From Planctomycetota bacterium (lineage in GTDB: Bacteria > Planctomycetota > UBA8108 > SXIK01): a DNA stretch of 64,000 nucleotides. The DNA lies in the NCBI GenBank assembly GCA_965223845.1, contig CBDCXR010000004.1:2592001-2656000 (forward strand), given 5' to 3'. A program made the translations under genes and the position numbers. Below the pieces are notes generated by a model, which searched no databases, was not told where the DNA came from, and saw only the letters and a program-made list of their open reading frames with translations. Of this stretch, positions 53,552 to 64,000 are shown piece after piece (the first letter of the stretch is position 1; each line of letters begins with the position of its first letter).

Positions 53552-56370
53552 GGTTCCTCTCCTTCCGCTAGCGGGAGCTCGTATGCGCCGTCGCGCTGCA
53601 GATCGTAGATGACGACCGACTCCGCCGCGTGATCCGCCGCGGGGTTGGCCGCGCGGTGCCGAGCGACCGCCCGGTCGCGCGCGTTGTCGTCGGGTTTGTA
53701 CTTCGCGTGGAGAGTACGGTGACGTGCGGCACCGTCGGCGTCGCCCATTCGGGCCAAGATGAGCGACAGATTGTAATGCGCGGCGACGTTCTCTGGGTCT
53801 AGCGCGAGCGTTCGCTCGAAAAGATCCACCGCGCGCTGCAAATACGCGTCACGCCTTTCCCGCGCGGCCTCACCTCGCTCGCGCTTCGAGCGCTCGAAGA
53901 GCGTCTGGCCGAGCTCGTTGAGCGCGCGATAGTCTTCGCCGAAGTCGAACCCACGTCGGCGCGCCTCGGGATAGCGAGTTCCGATGACGGCCGAAAAGTT
54001 TTCGATCGCATCGTCCAGGTGTCCGTTTTGCTTGTTCACGATGCCCGTGAACCAATCGACCGACCACGGATAGGCCGGCGGATCGTGGTCGGCGGCCCGC
54101 CGGAGCGCAGCTACCGCGTCGTCGAGCCGCCCTTCCTTGATGTAGACGCGAGCGAGGTTGAGCGGTCCCTCGGGTCGACCGAGTGCTTCGACGCGCTGGA
54201 AGGCCACCTCGGCTTGCCTGAGCTCGCCCTTTTGCGAACCCTTGCTCCCTTTTCGAAGGAGTCCGATCCCGTAGTCGTTCCACCTCGTCCAAATCGGAAG
54301 CGACGGAGGCTGTCCTTCGAGAGCCGACGCCTCGGCGCCGCCGACTCCAAACGTCACCGTGTCGGTCGCGAGAGTCACGATCGGGAGCTCATTCACGAAC
54401 TCCGGACCGTAGATGTGCTGGAGGAGCGCGGTGTCGAACTTTCGGTATTGGAGCGCAACGTCGACCGTGATTCGCTCCGAAGCCGCTTCGGGCACCGTAA
54501 ACGCGAAATGGACGACGTCCGACGCACCCGGCGGAATCTGGTGGTTGTAAAGCGCGACGGCGATGTCTTCGGGGTTTCGGCGATCGATTCGATTTCCCTC
54601 GAGGTCGAGGACGTACGAGTTTACGAAGTGAGACCACGGATCGACCGCGCCGTCGTCAGCGCGACCGCCACTTCGTCCGATGACTCGAGCGCCTTCGCGA
54701 ACGACGACGTCGAGCCAAACCTCGTTCGAGTCGGCGGTCCCTTCCGTAAAGAGGTGGCCCATCGTGAGCGTCCGAAGGACCGTCTCGACGAGGTAGCGGC
54801 GACCCGGAACGAGCGCCGGCGACTCGGGCCGCACTGGTGCGACGAGCGCTCCGTCGATCGTTCCGCCCTCCTTGATGCCGAAGATGTCGACGCTCATGAC
54901 GCCCTCGAGGAACTCGCGGTGGCGTTCGTTGACCGAGTCGGGGAGCCCCAAGAGATGGGGTACGCCCGTATTCGCCGACGGAAACTGATGTTCGTGGATC
55001 TTGAGAACGCCCGAGTCGTCGAAAAAACTCGCTCCGAATTCGTCGGCTTCACGGAGCGGCATGTGGCATCCGTTACAGTTCGCTTCGGCTTCCGGCGGAT
55101 AGTAAAAGCTCTGCGCGCCGTGCCCCGACACGCCGCTCAAGTGGTAGGAGTCGTAGTGATTCTGCCCGCGCAGCCACTTGTACTGATTGAGCTCCTCCGG
55201 GAGGTGCACCTTGTGACAGGTTCCGCAGAATTCCGGCGAGCGATGGAACGGCTTGAGGAACGTCTTCTTGTGGAACGCGGGCTTCGCCTTGATGAGCTGA
55301 TGGTTGATCCACTTGAGAAACGCGTTGTCACTGAAAGCGAACGGGTACTGCGCCGGATTCTCGATCGTGTAGTCGCCGTTCCCGCGCACGCTGTTGAGAT
55401 GCGTAATCGCGTGGCAGCTCGAGCAGGTGATCCCAGCGTGTGCGGTCGGATGCGATTCGTCGTCGAAGTTGGGGTCGTCGAACGCGCCGCTGAAGAAAGG
55501 CACCGGGTCGTGGCAACCCGCGCAGAAGCGCGACGCCTGAACGTTGCCGTCGCGCTCGAGCATCGCCTTTCGCGTATTCCGGACGGAGAAGAGATACACC
55601 GGATTGTTGAACGAGCTGAACCGGTGAACGCTGTTCGACCATCCGGCGTGGACTTCCGGGTGGCAATCGAGACAGTACCGGTCCCGCATCAATGCCTCGG
55701 CGGGGATGAAGTTCCCGTCGGAGGTCCGCGCGAGCGAAGGAAAGAAGTACTCCTTCGACGATTCGGGTCCCTCGATATTCCACTGGCGAGGATCCTGCGA
55801 GTGAAGAAGGACCATGAGGAGCGCGAAGATCGCGGTGGCTCCGGCGAGCAGCGCCCCGACGCGCCACCGAATCGGTGGGCCCGCGAGGCGGTGGAGGATG
55901 AAGAGCCACGCGACGGCGATCGGACTGAGGACGTGCGCCCAGTACGCCGCGCTCCGCACCGTCGGGTTCTTCACTTCGAGAACGCCTTCGATGCGGGTGA
56001 GTACGATGCCGCTCGCGACGAGGACGAGCGACGCGGCGAAGAGCGCGTAGCCGACTCGGACCGCGAGCCGGTTCGGCCGATGGCGCGCGCAGCGAATGTG
56101 GATCACGCCGAAGACGACGACCGGAACCACCAGCAGGAACCCGAGTGCGAGGTGCGCGAGAAACATGTACTGGTAGAAGTAGTTCTGGATCGTCTCGCCC
56201 GAAATCCACTCCGCGAGAGTCACGCCGACGAGGTAGACGCCGTTCATCGCGAGGAGCGAGAAGAGCGTGAGGACGACGTAGAGGAGCACCCGGAGCCGCG
56301 GCCCGACTGCCGGCACGTACGCCGGCATCTCGAACGGCGTGGGGCGATCGGTTGGGGATGGCTCGGGCAT
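53548..56370 (-). CDS. Membrane-anchored multiheme cytochrome c with C-terminal TPRs
   Basis: About 5 N-terminal TM helices; five CxxCH motifs (CLDCH, CAGCH, CSSCH, CGTCH, CNGCH); RWNDYGIGLL followed by TPRs. Confidence 0.88.
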   Translation of the reverse strand: MPEPSPTDRPTPFEMPAYVPAVGPRLRVLLYVVLTLFSLLAMNGVYLVGVTLAEWISGETIQNYFYQYMFLAHLALGFLLVVPVVVFGVIHIRCARHRPNRLAVRVGYALFAASLVLVASGIVLTRIEGVLEVKNPTVRSAAYWAHVLSPIAVAWLFILHRLAGPPIRWRVGALLAGATAIFALLMVLLHSQDPRQWNIEGPESSKEYFFPSLARTSDGNFIPAEALMRDRYCLDCHPEVHAGWSNSVHRFSSFNNPVYLFSVRNTRKAMLERDGNVQASRFCAGCHDPVPFFSGAFDDPNFDDESHPTAHAGITCSSCHAITHLNSVRGNGDYTIENPAQYPFAFSDNAFLKWINHQLIKAKPAFHKKTFLKPFHRSPEFCGTCHKVHLPEELNQYKWLRGQNHYDSYHLSGVSGHGAQSFYYPPEAEANCNGCHMPLREADEFGASFFDDSGVLKIHEHQFPSANTGVPHLLGLPDSVNERHREFLEGVMSVDIFGIKEGGTIDGALVAPVRPESPALVPGRRYLVETVLRTLTMGHLFTEGTADSNEVWLDVVVREGARVIGRSGGRADDGAVDPWSHFVNSYVLDLEGNRIDRRNPEDIAVALYNHQIPPGASDVVHFAFTVPEAASERITVDVALQYRKFDTALLQHIYGPEFVNELPIVTLATDTVTFGVGGAEASALEGQPPSLPIWTRWNDYGIGLLRKGSKGSQKGELRQAEVAFQRVEALGRPEGPLNLARVYIKEGRLDDAVAALRRAADHDPPAYPWSVDWFTGIVNKQNGHLDDAIENFSAVIGTRYPEARRRGFDFGEDYRALNELGQTLFERSKRERGEAARERRDAYLQRAVDLFERTLALDPENVAAHYNLSLILARMGDADGAARHRTLHAKYKPDDNARDRAVARHRAANPAADHAAESVVIYDLQRDGAYELPLAEGEEP

Positions 56371-56711
56371 GCTGGGTCGACGAGTTCCAGGAACTACGAA
56401 GAGCTCGGAGCCCCGGTCGCGCGCGGGGTGCTTCGAGATCGGCGGATAGTCTACACGCAACCGTCATGCCGAGAATCAGCGCCCGGTCGCGCGATCGAAG
56501 CGGACGAGTGTAGCCCGCCCCCGCCACTCGATTCTACTGCCCGCGGCGCCATGCGAACTCGATCGGGTCGGCGCTCGATCGAGGATCACGGTCGAAACGC
56601 GCTCGCTCTCGAGTATCGGAGACCCGATCGACCATCCACGATCTGGCCACCGGCTCGCGGTTGCAAAGGGTGACCCCCGCGCGCAGACTGCGCCGGAAAG
56701 GAGAGCGAGCG

Positions 56712-57383
56712 ATGCGAATCACTTGGTACGGGCATGCGGCCTTCTCGGTCGAGGGACAGAACCGCGCGGGCAGAGGGATCAAGATCATCCTCGATCCGTA
56801 CAATTACCCCGAGTGCGGCGGATACCTCCCGATCGACGAAGCCGCGGATATCGTCTCCGTGAGTCACGACAACCCTCGATACCACTCGGACACGTCGTCG
56901 ATCCGCGGCGAGTTCGATCTCTCCGAAGCGCTCGCGTTCGCGGGGAACAGACGGACCCTACGCGGAGTCGAGTTCGAGTCGATCGAGGTCTACGAAGACG
57001 CGGAGACCTCGGGGCCGAATGCGATGGTGAAGTTCGAGCTCGACGGAATCACCGTCGCGCACCAAGGGGATCTCGGGCACGCGCTCGACGGAGATGCGCT
57101 CGAGTTTCTGCGCGGCGTTGACGTTCTCCTCGCACTCGCCGGAGGTTCGCCGACGATCGGGCTCGATGACTTGCGGAACGCCATCGCCGCGACCAAGCCG
57201 CCGATCGTGATCCCGATGCACTACCGAACGCCGAAGGTGAATCTCGACCTGCTTCCCGTCGAAGCCTTCCTCGAAGCCTGCGTCGGACTCGAGATCGTAC
57301 GCGCGAATTCGACCTCGCTCGAAGTCTCGCGCGCAACATTGCCCGAATCGACGCGCGTCGTAGTTCTCGATCACGCCCGCTAG
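56712..57383 (+). CDS. MBL-fold metallo-hydrolase (Lactamase_B_3-like)
   Basis: MRITWYGHAAF, IILDPY, AHQGDLGH, VDVLL, VIPMHY; the HxHxDH motif is altered. Confidence 0.85.
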   Translation: MRITWYGHAAFSVEGQNRAGRGIKIILDPYNYPECGGYLPIDEAADIVSVSHDNPRYHSDTSSIRGEFDLSEALAFAGNRRTLRGVEFESIEVYEDAETSGPNAMVKFELDGITVAHQGDLGHALDGDALEFLRGVDVLLALAGGSPTIGLDDLRNAIAATKPPIVIPMHYRTPKVNLDLLPVEAFLEACVGLEIVRANSTSLEVSRATLPESTRVVVLDHAR

Positions 57384-57452
57384 CGCTGCGGTTCGCTCCC
57401 GTTCCTCGTTCCCACTCCGCTTCCCGATACGGCAGCGGGTGATCGATCGAGC

Positions 57453-59111
57453 CTACCCGAGGGCGAACACGACCACGTGCCCGGCCATCGTGACGAGCAC
57501 GCTCGCGATCGCGTACGCCGTCGCGTAGCTCACCGCCGGTGCGTCGCTGTCCGTCGCGCGACGGAGCGCCAGCAGAGCGGCGCTCGAAGTCGTTCCTCCC
57601 GCTACCGAACCCCAGGTGTCGACCGCGGGAAGGCGAAACATCCACCGCCCTGCGATGACGGAGAGGGCGATCGGAACGACCGTGACGAAAGCGCCGGCGG
57701 CGACGGTCTTCCATACGCCGATTCCCAAAGCCGTCTCGAGGTGATTGCCAGCGCGGATGCCCGTTTCGCTTACGAAGAGAAGAATCCCGAAGTCGCGTAC
57801 GAGCTGTCTCGCCGGGAGCGGTACGTACACGCGAAACGGCCCGATCCGCGATGAACGCCCGAGGAGAAGCCCCGCAACGAGGAGCCCACCGGCGGTGCCC
57901 AGCCCGAGCTCCACCCCCCCGACGGTCATGCCGAGGTTTCCGACGAGGAGCCCGAACAGAATGCCCGCGGCGTAGATCGCGATGTCGGTTTCGGTGGCCG
58001 AAGGCTCGAATCGGCCGAGGGACGCAGCGACGGCCGCGACGGACTTTCGCGGCCCGACGACGTCGACCACGTCGTGACGCTGGAGCGTCAGCTCCGCGGT
58101 CGGCTCGAGCGTCTCCTCGCCACGGTGCACCGCGGCGATTAGACAGTGGAAGCGGCGGACCAGATCGAGCTCCGCGAGCGATCGACCGACCGCGTCGGAG
58201 GACTCGACATGGACCCGGCGCGGGTCCGCGAGGGACTGACGGAGGTCCTCGTCGTAGACTTCGGGCCCGACCCAGTCCTCGAATTGGTGCAGCTCATCGA
58301 CGTGGCCGCGAGCGAGGACGTGGTCACCGGCCTCGAGAATCGTCGTGCCTTCGGGGACGAGGATCGCGTCGCCGCGATGGATCCGCGTGATCATGCAGCC
58401 GGTGCGATGCGTGAGATCGAGCTCGGCGAGTGTTCGCTCTAGCGCTTGCGCCCGGGTGACTCGAAACGCGCGCTCGACTTCCGGTTCGCGGAAACGGTGA
58501 CGGCTCGTCGCGCTCACACTCGAGTCATCGTCGACTTCGGCGGCGAGATTCTGTCCGAAGACGATCGGAAGAGCCTGGATCATCAACACGAGGCCGACGA
58601 GGCCGAACGGATACGTGACAGCGAACGCGATCGACAGCGCGGCCGCGTCGTCGCAAACTTCAGATACCGCGGCGAACGTCGGCGCGCTCGTCAACGCTCC
58701 GGCGAGAAGCCCGGCCGCGGTCGAAGCATCCAGCGAGAATGCTCGAGCGCAGCCGATCGCGGCAGCGATCGCGATCACGTTCACGAGAGTTCCGATCGCA
58801 ACCATGCGCCAGCCGCGCGGCGACCGGAGAGTGGCGAAGAACCGCGCCCCTGCCTCGAATCCCACCGAGTAGATAAAGAGCGCGAATCCGATCGACCCCG
58901 CCGTTACGGTCGCGTCGCCGTCGCCGTCGCCGTAGAAGTGATCGACGGCGAGACCGGCGTTGCCGAGAAAAAGCGCGATCGCCACCGTTCCGCCCGCAGG
59001 CCCGAGCGACAATCCGCGCCATTGGAGACGTCCGATGAGGAACCCGGCGGCGACGACGAGCATCACGCCAGCGAGCGGGATACCGTTGAGCGCCTGAAGG
59101 ACACGCTCCAT
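57453..59111 (-). CDS. AspT/YidE/YbjL family transporter with two TrkA-C domains
   Basis: GFALFIYSVGFEAG, GLLAGALTSAP, AVTYPFG, two RCK-C domains, GGLLVAGLLLG, YATAYA. Confidence 0.9.
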   Translation of the reverse strand: MERVLQALNGIPLAGVMLVVAAGFLIGRLQWRGLSLGPAGGTVAIALFLGNAGLAVDHFYGDGDGDATVTAGSIGFALFIYSVGFEAGARFFATLRSPRGWRMVAIGTLVNVIAIAAAIGCARAFSLDASTAAGLLAGALTSAPTFAAVSEVCDDAAALSIAFAVTYPFGLVGLVLMIQALPIVFGQNLAAEVDDDSSVSATSRHRFREPEVERAFRVTRAQALERTLAELDLTHRTGCMITRIHRGDAILVPEGTTILEAGDHVLARGHVDELHQFEDWVGPEVYDEDLRQSLADPRRVHVESSDAVGRSLAELDLVRRFHCLIAAVHRGEETLEPTAELTLQRHDVVDVVGPRKSVAAVAASLGRFEPSATETDIAIYAAGILFGLLVGNLGMTVGGVELGLGTAGGLLVAGLLLGRSSRIGPFRVYVPLPARQLVRDFGILLFVSETGIRAGNHLETALGIGVWKTVAAGAFVTVVPIALSVIAGRWMFRLPAVDTWGSVAGGTTSSAALLALRRATDSDAPAVSYATAYAIASVLVTMAGHVVVFALG

Positions 59112-59176
59112 CGCGGCCGATCCTCCTCCTTCACTTCGATTCTGTTCCGAGACCGAATCGGGTTGCGCTCCGATCG

Positions 59177-62100
59177 CTACGGGACGCAGGCGTCCTCACA
59201 ACCCGCGACCGATCGGCACTCCCGGCCGGCCACGTGGGCCGGCCCCCGCATAAAGAGGTACCTGAGAAGCGCGATGGCATCCGTCACATTGATGCTCCCG
59301 CCGCCATCGAAGTCGAGCAGCGTGAGATTCGTGCCCGAATTCGGATCGTCTCCGGCGCAGGGGAGCTCGATCGGAACATCGACAAAGAGGATTCTCAGGA
59401 GCGCGATCGCGTCCGTCGTATTCAGCGATCCGTCCGCGTTCACGTCGCCCGGTCGCAGGTGACCGTCGCCCACGGGGCCGTCGACAGCGCCCGGCGTCCC
59501 GTGCTCGATCGCGCTCGGACGCCAAGCCTCCGCGGTTCCCCACGCCTCCGTCGGCCCGTCGACGTCGACGATCGTGAGCGACGCTCCACCACCGTCGGTT
59601 TCCGGGTACCACACGTCGTCGTAGACGAAATCGAGAATCGGGAAGCTCTTCCCGAAGGCGAGCTTCAACTGCTCTCCCCCGTTCGCGAGGCGCGACGAAA
59701 ACTCGCCGGCGATCGCGACCGCGTCGGCGCCGTAGCGCGATTCGAACGCCGAGCGATCGCGGACGATGACGACGATCTCTCCCGGTCCGAGCTCGGGGAC
59801 ATCGCCTTCCGCAAAGTCGAACTCGACGCCGTCGACGAAACGCGTTCGCGTCAGATCGAGCGTCGCTGCGCCCTTGTTCTGAAGCTCGATGAACTCGTAG
59901 TCGGAGCCACCGATCGGGTTGTACATGATTTCGGTGATCCGGAGGTCGTCGATCTCGAGAATCGGACTCGACGGCGCTCCGGCAACGAACTCGACCGGCG
60001 CCGACCAATGACTCCACAAGTTCGTGTCATCCTTCATTCGCACGCGGACGCGGTAGTGGCTTCCGACATCGACGACGTCGAAGGGGAACTGAAAACGCGC
60101 CTCGAATCTATCGAGCTCGGAGCTTTCCCACGTCGGCTCGAGTTCGAACCGAATCGGCGCGGACGTCCACACCGGGTCATCGAGCGGAACGCTCCCCGCG
60201 TCGGGGATCGACGTGACCTCGGCGATCCGCCACCTCATCGCCGCGAACGTTTCCACACCCTGCGGATCCGCGAACTCCGTCGTAGCGAAGCTGAGGTCGT
60301 CCATCGGAAAGCCCTCGGAGCCGACGAACTCGACGACCGGCGTCTCGGGCAAGTTACGTCGATCGCGGCCGTCGGCGAATTGATCGAGAAACGCGGCTCG
60401 CCCGCCGCGGCCGACGCTTCCGCCCGGCCAGCTTCCGCCGTCGAACGCAAAACGAAGCATGTCGGCGACCTTGCCCTCCAGGGAGCGCTGACTCGCCGCG
60501 CCGAAGTACTGGCGTCCGGCCGCCGGAGGTCCGTTCCGCCAGCGATCGATGTCCGCTTCCTCTAGAGGATCCATGAACGCGGCGACGTGCCGGATGATGA
60601 GCTCGAGCTGATCGCGCTGCCAGAGAAGGTCGCGGACCTCTCGGACGTGATTGCGATAATCCTTCTGAAACTCCGGCTTCGACGTGATCGCGTCGAAGGG
60701 TCGATCCCGGCCTTCGTTCCAGTTCGGCCCCCAGGTCGCATCGGTGTCGAAGGGGAGCGTCCACATGCGCCCGCGGAATCCGTTCGCCTCGTTGTAGTCC
60801 GGCTCGAAGTACCAGGCCGCGTTCTTATTCGCCTCCGGCCAGTAGTCGTAGTGACGAATCGCCTGCACGACCGCGTGGTAGCGATACCAGCGCTCGTAAT
60901 TCACGTGCGCGAGAAGCCATTCGTCGGACGCGTTCGATCGCAATCGACTCTCGATGTTGTTGTGGTCGCTGCCGTCGTCGACCGCGTCGGCGGCCTGATA
61001 ACGCTGCTGCTCGAGCCCGACGCGAGTCTGGTTGACGAGCTTGTAGAGATTCCCCTTCGGAAGATCGTGCGCCTCGAGGAATCGAACGTCGTAGTTCTCG
61101 AACGCGCGCGCGATCCCGAAGAAGTCGCCGAGATACTGTCCACCGTCTCCGGCTGGAGCCTCTTCCTCGCCGCGGACGACACGCCAGTGGAAAACGTGCC
61201 CTTCCGCCGCGGGGACTCCGTAGGCGTTCCAGATGATGTCGTTCACCTGATCCCCGAGACCCCAGTTCCCGTCGATGCGATTGCCGAACATGCGGCCCGT
61301 GTTGAGCACGCGCCAACGGGTCGGATACCGGCGACCGAAGCGGTCGCGAGCGCGGAGGAAGTTTCCTTTGTGGAATCTAAACCGCCAGTGCCGCTTCCCG
61401 GCCGTGTTGGCGGGATTCCCCGACGGCACCTGATAGCGTCCGTTCGCGCCGCGGAGTCGGTAGCGAATGTGATCGTAGACGTAACCGTCGTGAACGAATG
61501 CGCCCTCCCAGTTGAATGAGAATCGCGCCGGACGACCCTGGGGAATCTGCTGACCCGAGCTCGCCGCGATGCACGTGCGGAGATCCTCGTCACGCGTGAT
61601 GAGCGTGTAGACCGGAACGGAGGCGAGCTTCTCCGCCGCATGCGTTGTCGGCTCGCGGAGTATCGACGTCTCCGCGTGGTAGTCGGGAACGCCGTCGTAG
61701 ACGAAGTAGGCGAAATTGAGCGACGGATCATCTCGGTACGGGACGCGGACGGACTCTCCCGCCGAGTCGGCGACCGTAATGCGGTAGCGAACGAGCGTGC
61801 GATTCGGCTGCCCCGGGAGCGGAGCGGAATAGACGTCGTCTCCGGCGACTTCGTCGCCGCCGGCGCCATTGTCCACCATGCGAACACTCGTCCAGTTCGC
61901 GGGATCCTCGAAGGCCGGATTCGGTTCGCGGGGAGTCTCCGCGTTCGAGATCAGCGCGCTCACCGGAACTGGGAGCTCGGCGGGAATATAGCTCCCGGGC
62001 GGAACGATTTGGAAGTGGAGCTCGACCGACGCGACTCCGTCCGGATCGGTGACCTTGGCCGTGACGACGTTGCTTTCGCCTGCGACCGGCTGACGAACAC

Positions 62101-63238
62101 GGGTGTCGACCTGGCGCACCTGCGGCGGCGCATTCTCGGCGCGGACGGTGTTTTCTACGCCGGGGGTCGGCGGCGAGATGATCTGCCCTTCGAAGTCCTC
62201 GCTCCCCGGAACGAAGAGCCGCGCGTCGATCGAAAAATCGTTCGAGCCGAGAGTGACGTTCAGCGCGTGGACGGCGATGAGGTTCTCGCCGACGCGAAGA
62301 AGATCCCCCGCTCCGTTGAGAACGACATCCTCGAACTCCCGAGCCTCGTGACTGCGCGACGCGGTCGCGTCGAACGGCGGCGGTTCGCCCTCGGGAGCGC
62401 GGATGCGCGCGACCTCGCGCCCGTTGATCCACGCGACGACTCCATCGTCGAAGTAGAGCGAGAGCTTGATCTGTTGGGGGATTTCGTCGCCTTCTGCGAT
62501 CGAAAACGAGCGGCGAAGATAGACCCCTGAGTACGCGTTCTGCATGTCGTCGAGGACGGTCGCATCATCGTCGTCACCAAACCCGACGGGAGTCTCGACG
62601 GTCGTCCAGGTGTCGTCCTCCGTAAAACCGAGCTGCATCCAATCGGGAGGCGGCTCGGACGTCGCCTTGCGCATCCGCCAGCTCGCATCGCCACCTTCGA
62701 CGAAAAACTCCCGCTCCTTGAACGGACGATGGACAAGGCCGCTCGGGCGCCAGCTTCCGCCGAGGTCGTTGTCGAGCGACGGATGGATCAGCTCCATCGA
62801 GCTACCCTCCCCGTTCGCCGAGTACGGCCAGGGAAAGCCGGCATCGAACTCGACTTCGTCGACGACGGCCCCCTCGGCGTCGAGAAGGACGATTTGCTCA
62901 CCGTCGTTCGACAGTCGCCCCGCGTACGGCCCCAACGCACGCGCGAAGCCGAGAGTTTCCGCGAGGGTCTCGGGGTTTTCTGCGACGACGACGTATCCCC
63001 CCGGCTCGAGTCGTGCCCCTGCTTCGAACGTGTACTCGACGGCGTCGGCGAGCCGCCAACCGGCGAGTTCGACCACCGCCTCCCCCGCGTTGTGAAGCTC
63101 GATGAACTCTTCGCGGACGGTGTTCTTTTCTGAGTCGTAGTGAATCTCGTTGATGACGACGTCGCCGCCGCGCGCGCTCCCGAGCAGCGACGCGACCAAC
63201 GCAGCGAGTCCAAGGCATCGAAACAGTCGCGGGGTCAT
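59177..63238 (-). CDS. Secreted CotH-family kinase with lamin-tail, beta-sandwich and dockerin-like domains
   Basis: VVINEIHYD; [18 protein letters not shown]; [11 protein letters not shown]; LPFDTD; [10 protein letters not shown]; [15 protein letters not shown]...[12 protein letters not shown]. Confidence 0.85.
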   Translation of the reverse strand: MTPRLFRCLGLAALVASLLGSARGGDVVINEIHYDSEKNTVREEFIELHNAGEAVVELAGWRLADAVEYTFEAGARLEPGGYVVVAENPETLAETLGFARALGPYAGRLSNDGEQIVLLDAEGAVVDEVEFDAGFPWPYSANGEGSSMELIHPSLDNDLGGSWRPSGLVHRPFKEREFFVEGGDASWRMRKATSEPPPDWMQLGFTEDDTWTTVETPVGFGDDDDATVLDDMQNAYSGVYLRRSFSIAEGDEIPQQIKLSLYFDDGVVAWINGREVARIRAPEGEPPPFDATASRSHEAREFEDVVLNGAGDLLRVGENLIAVHALNVTLGSNDFSIDARLFVPGSEDFEGQIISPPTPGVENTVRAENAPPQVRQVDTRVRQPVAGESNVVTAKVTDPDGVASVELHFQIVPPGSYIPAELPVPVSALISNAETPREPNPAFEDPANWTSVRMVDNGAGGDEVAGDDVYSAPLPGQPNRTLVRYRITVADSAGESVRVPYRDDPSLNFAYFVYDGVPDYHAETSILREPTTHAAEKLASVPVYTLITRDEDLRTCIAASSGQQIPQGRPARFSFNWEGAFVHDGYVYDHIRYRLRGANGRYQVPSGNPANTAGKRHWRFRFHKGNFLRARDRFGRRYPTRWRVLNTGRMFGNRIDGNWGLGDQVNDIIWNAYGVPAAEGHVFHWRVVRGEEEAPAGDGGQYLGDFFGIARAFENYDVRFLEAHDLPKGNLYKLVNQTRVGLEQQRYQAADAVDDGSDHNNIESRLRSNASDEWLLAHVNYERWYRYHAVVQAIRHYDYWPEANKNAAWYFEPDYNEANGFRGRMWTLPFDTDATWGPNWNEGRDRPFDAITSKPEFQKDYRNHVREVRDLLWQRDQLELIIRHVAAFMDPLEEADIDRWRNGPPAAGRQYFGAASQRSLEGKVADMLRFAFDGGSWPGGSVGRGGRAAFLDQFADGRDRRNLPETPVVEFVGSEGFPMDDLSFATTEFADPQGVETFAAMRWRIAEVTSIPDAGSVPLDDPVWTSAPIRFELEPTWESSELDRFEARFQFPFDVVDVGSHYRVRVRMKDDTNLWSHWSAPVEFVAGAPSSPILEIDDLRITEIMYNPIGGSDYEFIELQNKGAATLDLTRTRFVDGVEFDFAEGDVPELGPGEIVVIVRDRSAFESRYGADAVAIAGEFSSRLANGGEQLKLAFGKSFPILDFVYDDVWYPETDGGGASLTIVDVDGPTEAWGTAEAWRPSAIEHGTPGAVDGPVGDGHLRPGDVNADGSLNTTDAIALLRILFVDVPIELPCAGDDPNSGTNLTLLDFDGGGSINVTDAIALLRYLFMRGPAHVAGRECRSVAGCEDACVP

Positions 63239-63468
63239 GGCAGCGAAGGCTCCTGATCCGCGGCCAGTATAGCCGGACGCCACACTCGAAAGCGCGCGAA
63301 GAAAGAAAGTCAGAGCGCTGCGAATACACCGCCCACCGGGGCGTCGATTTCCGACCGAACCTGCCGCGAACGAGAGAGTCCCCCGGCGTGACTCGACGCG
63401 TCCCGACCCAGTACAATCACGGCTTCTTGCCGCGCTCCGACTTCACCCGAGAAATGGACGAGAACTCG

Positions 63469-64000
63469 ATGACCCGCGCAATCTCCGTGTCGTGGCGGTC
63501 TCCCTTCCCCGCAGTCGCCGTCGTCTTCTCCGCTCTCTCGATCTCGATTCCGGCCGCCGGGACGGCTGAACCGGAGGTCGTCTCGCTTTGGCCCGACGGC
63601 GCACCCGGTGCGGTCGGCGCGGAGCCGAGCGACCAGCCGTCGCTCACGATCTACCGCGCGCCACCGAACAACGCGTCGGGCGCCGCGATCGTCATTTGCC
63701 CGGGCGGCGGCTACGGCGGGCTCGCCATGGATCACGAGGGGCACGAGGTCGCGCGCTTTCTCAACTCGCACGGCGTGACCGGCGTCATTCTCAAGTACCG
63801 ACTCGGTCCGCGTTACCGTCACCCCGCGCCGCGCCAGGACGTCCGCCGCGCGATCCAGTACGTTCGGTCGAATGCGAGCGCCCTCGCCGTCGATCCGGCG
63901 CGCATCGGCGTCCTCGGCTTCTCTGCGGGCGGCCACCTCGCGGCGACGGCGGCGACGCAGTTCACGGCGGGCGATCCGAGTGTGCGCGGACCAGCGTCCG
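63469..64000 (+). CDS. Alpha/beta hydrolase (acetylxylan esterase/BD-FAE-like), partial
   Basis: Read by hand: [55 protein letters not shown]; runs off the right edge. Confidence 0.9.
   Translation, partial: MTRAISVSWRSPFPAVAVVFSALSISIPAAGTAEPEVVSLWPDGAPGAVGAEPSDQPSLTIYRAPPNNASGAAIVICPGGGYGGLAMDHEGHEVARFLNSHGVTGVILKYRLGPRYRHPAPRQDVRRAIQYVRSNASALAVDPARIGVLGFSAGGHLAATAATQFTAGDPSVRGPAS

Overview
High-GC bacterial window, very likely Planctomycetota: it has DUF1501 plus DUF1549/DUF1553 pairs, an ECF sigma/Ser-Thr kinase pair and secreted lamin-tail/CotH/dockerin proteins. About 32 CDS and two tRNAs (Ala-GGC, Leu-CAA) are supported; I found no mobile element or CRISPR array. The most unusual feature is an intact 958-aa leucyl-tRNA synthetase paralogue. 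Its HIGH, KMSKS, Leu-binding and editing residues are all eroded, while the Zn knuckles, anticodon domain and C-terminal tRNA-binding domain are kept and a long acidic/Arg-rich insert is added, so it is a candidate tRNA-binding pseudoenzyme. The second highlight is a set of five large secreted proteins (three CotH-type kinases, two non-catalytic LamG proteins) that share a C-terminal dockerin-like tag. Four of them share one LamG subtype, the kinases show nested domain insertions, and the two LamG proteins carry an apparently unnamed ~100-aa Cys/Asp-rich repeat. Other content: nfeD-nfeD-floA operon, an ispH operon with a duplicated palindromic operator, a multiheme cytochrome-TPR/CRTAC1 pair and several glycan hydrolases. 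All family assignments come from motif recognition by eye; no database searches were run.
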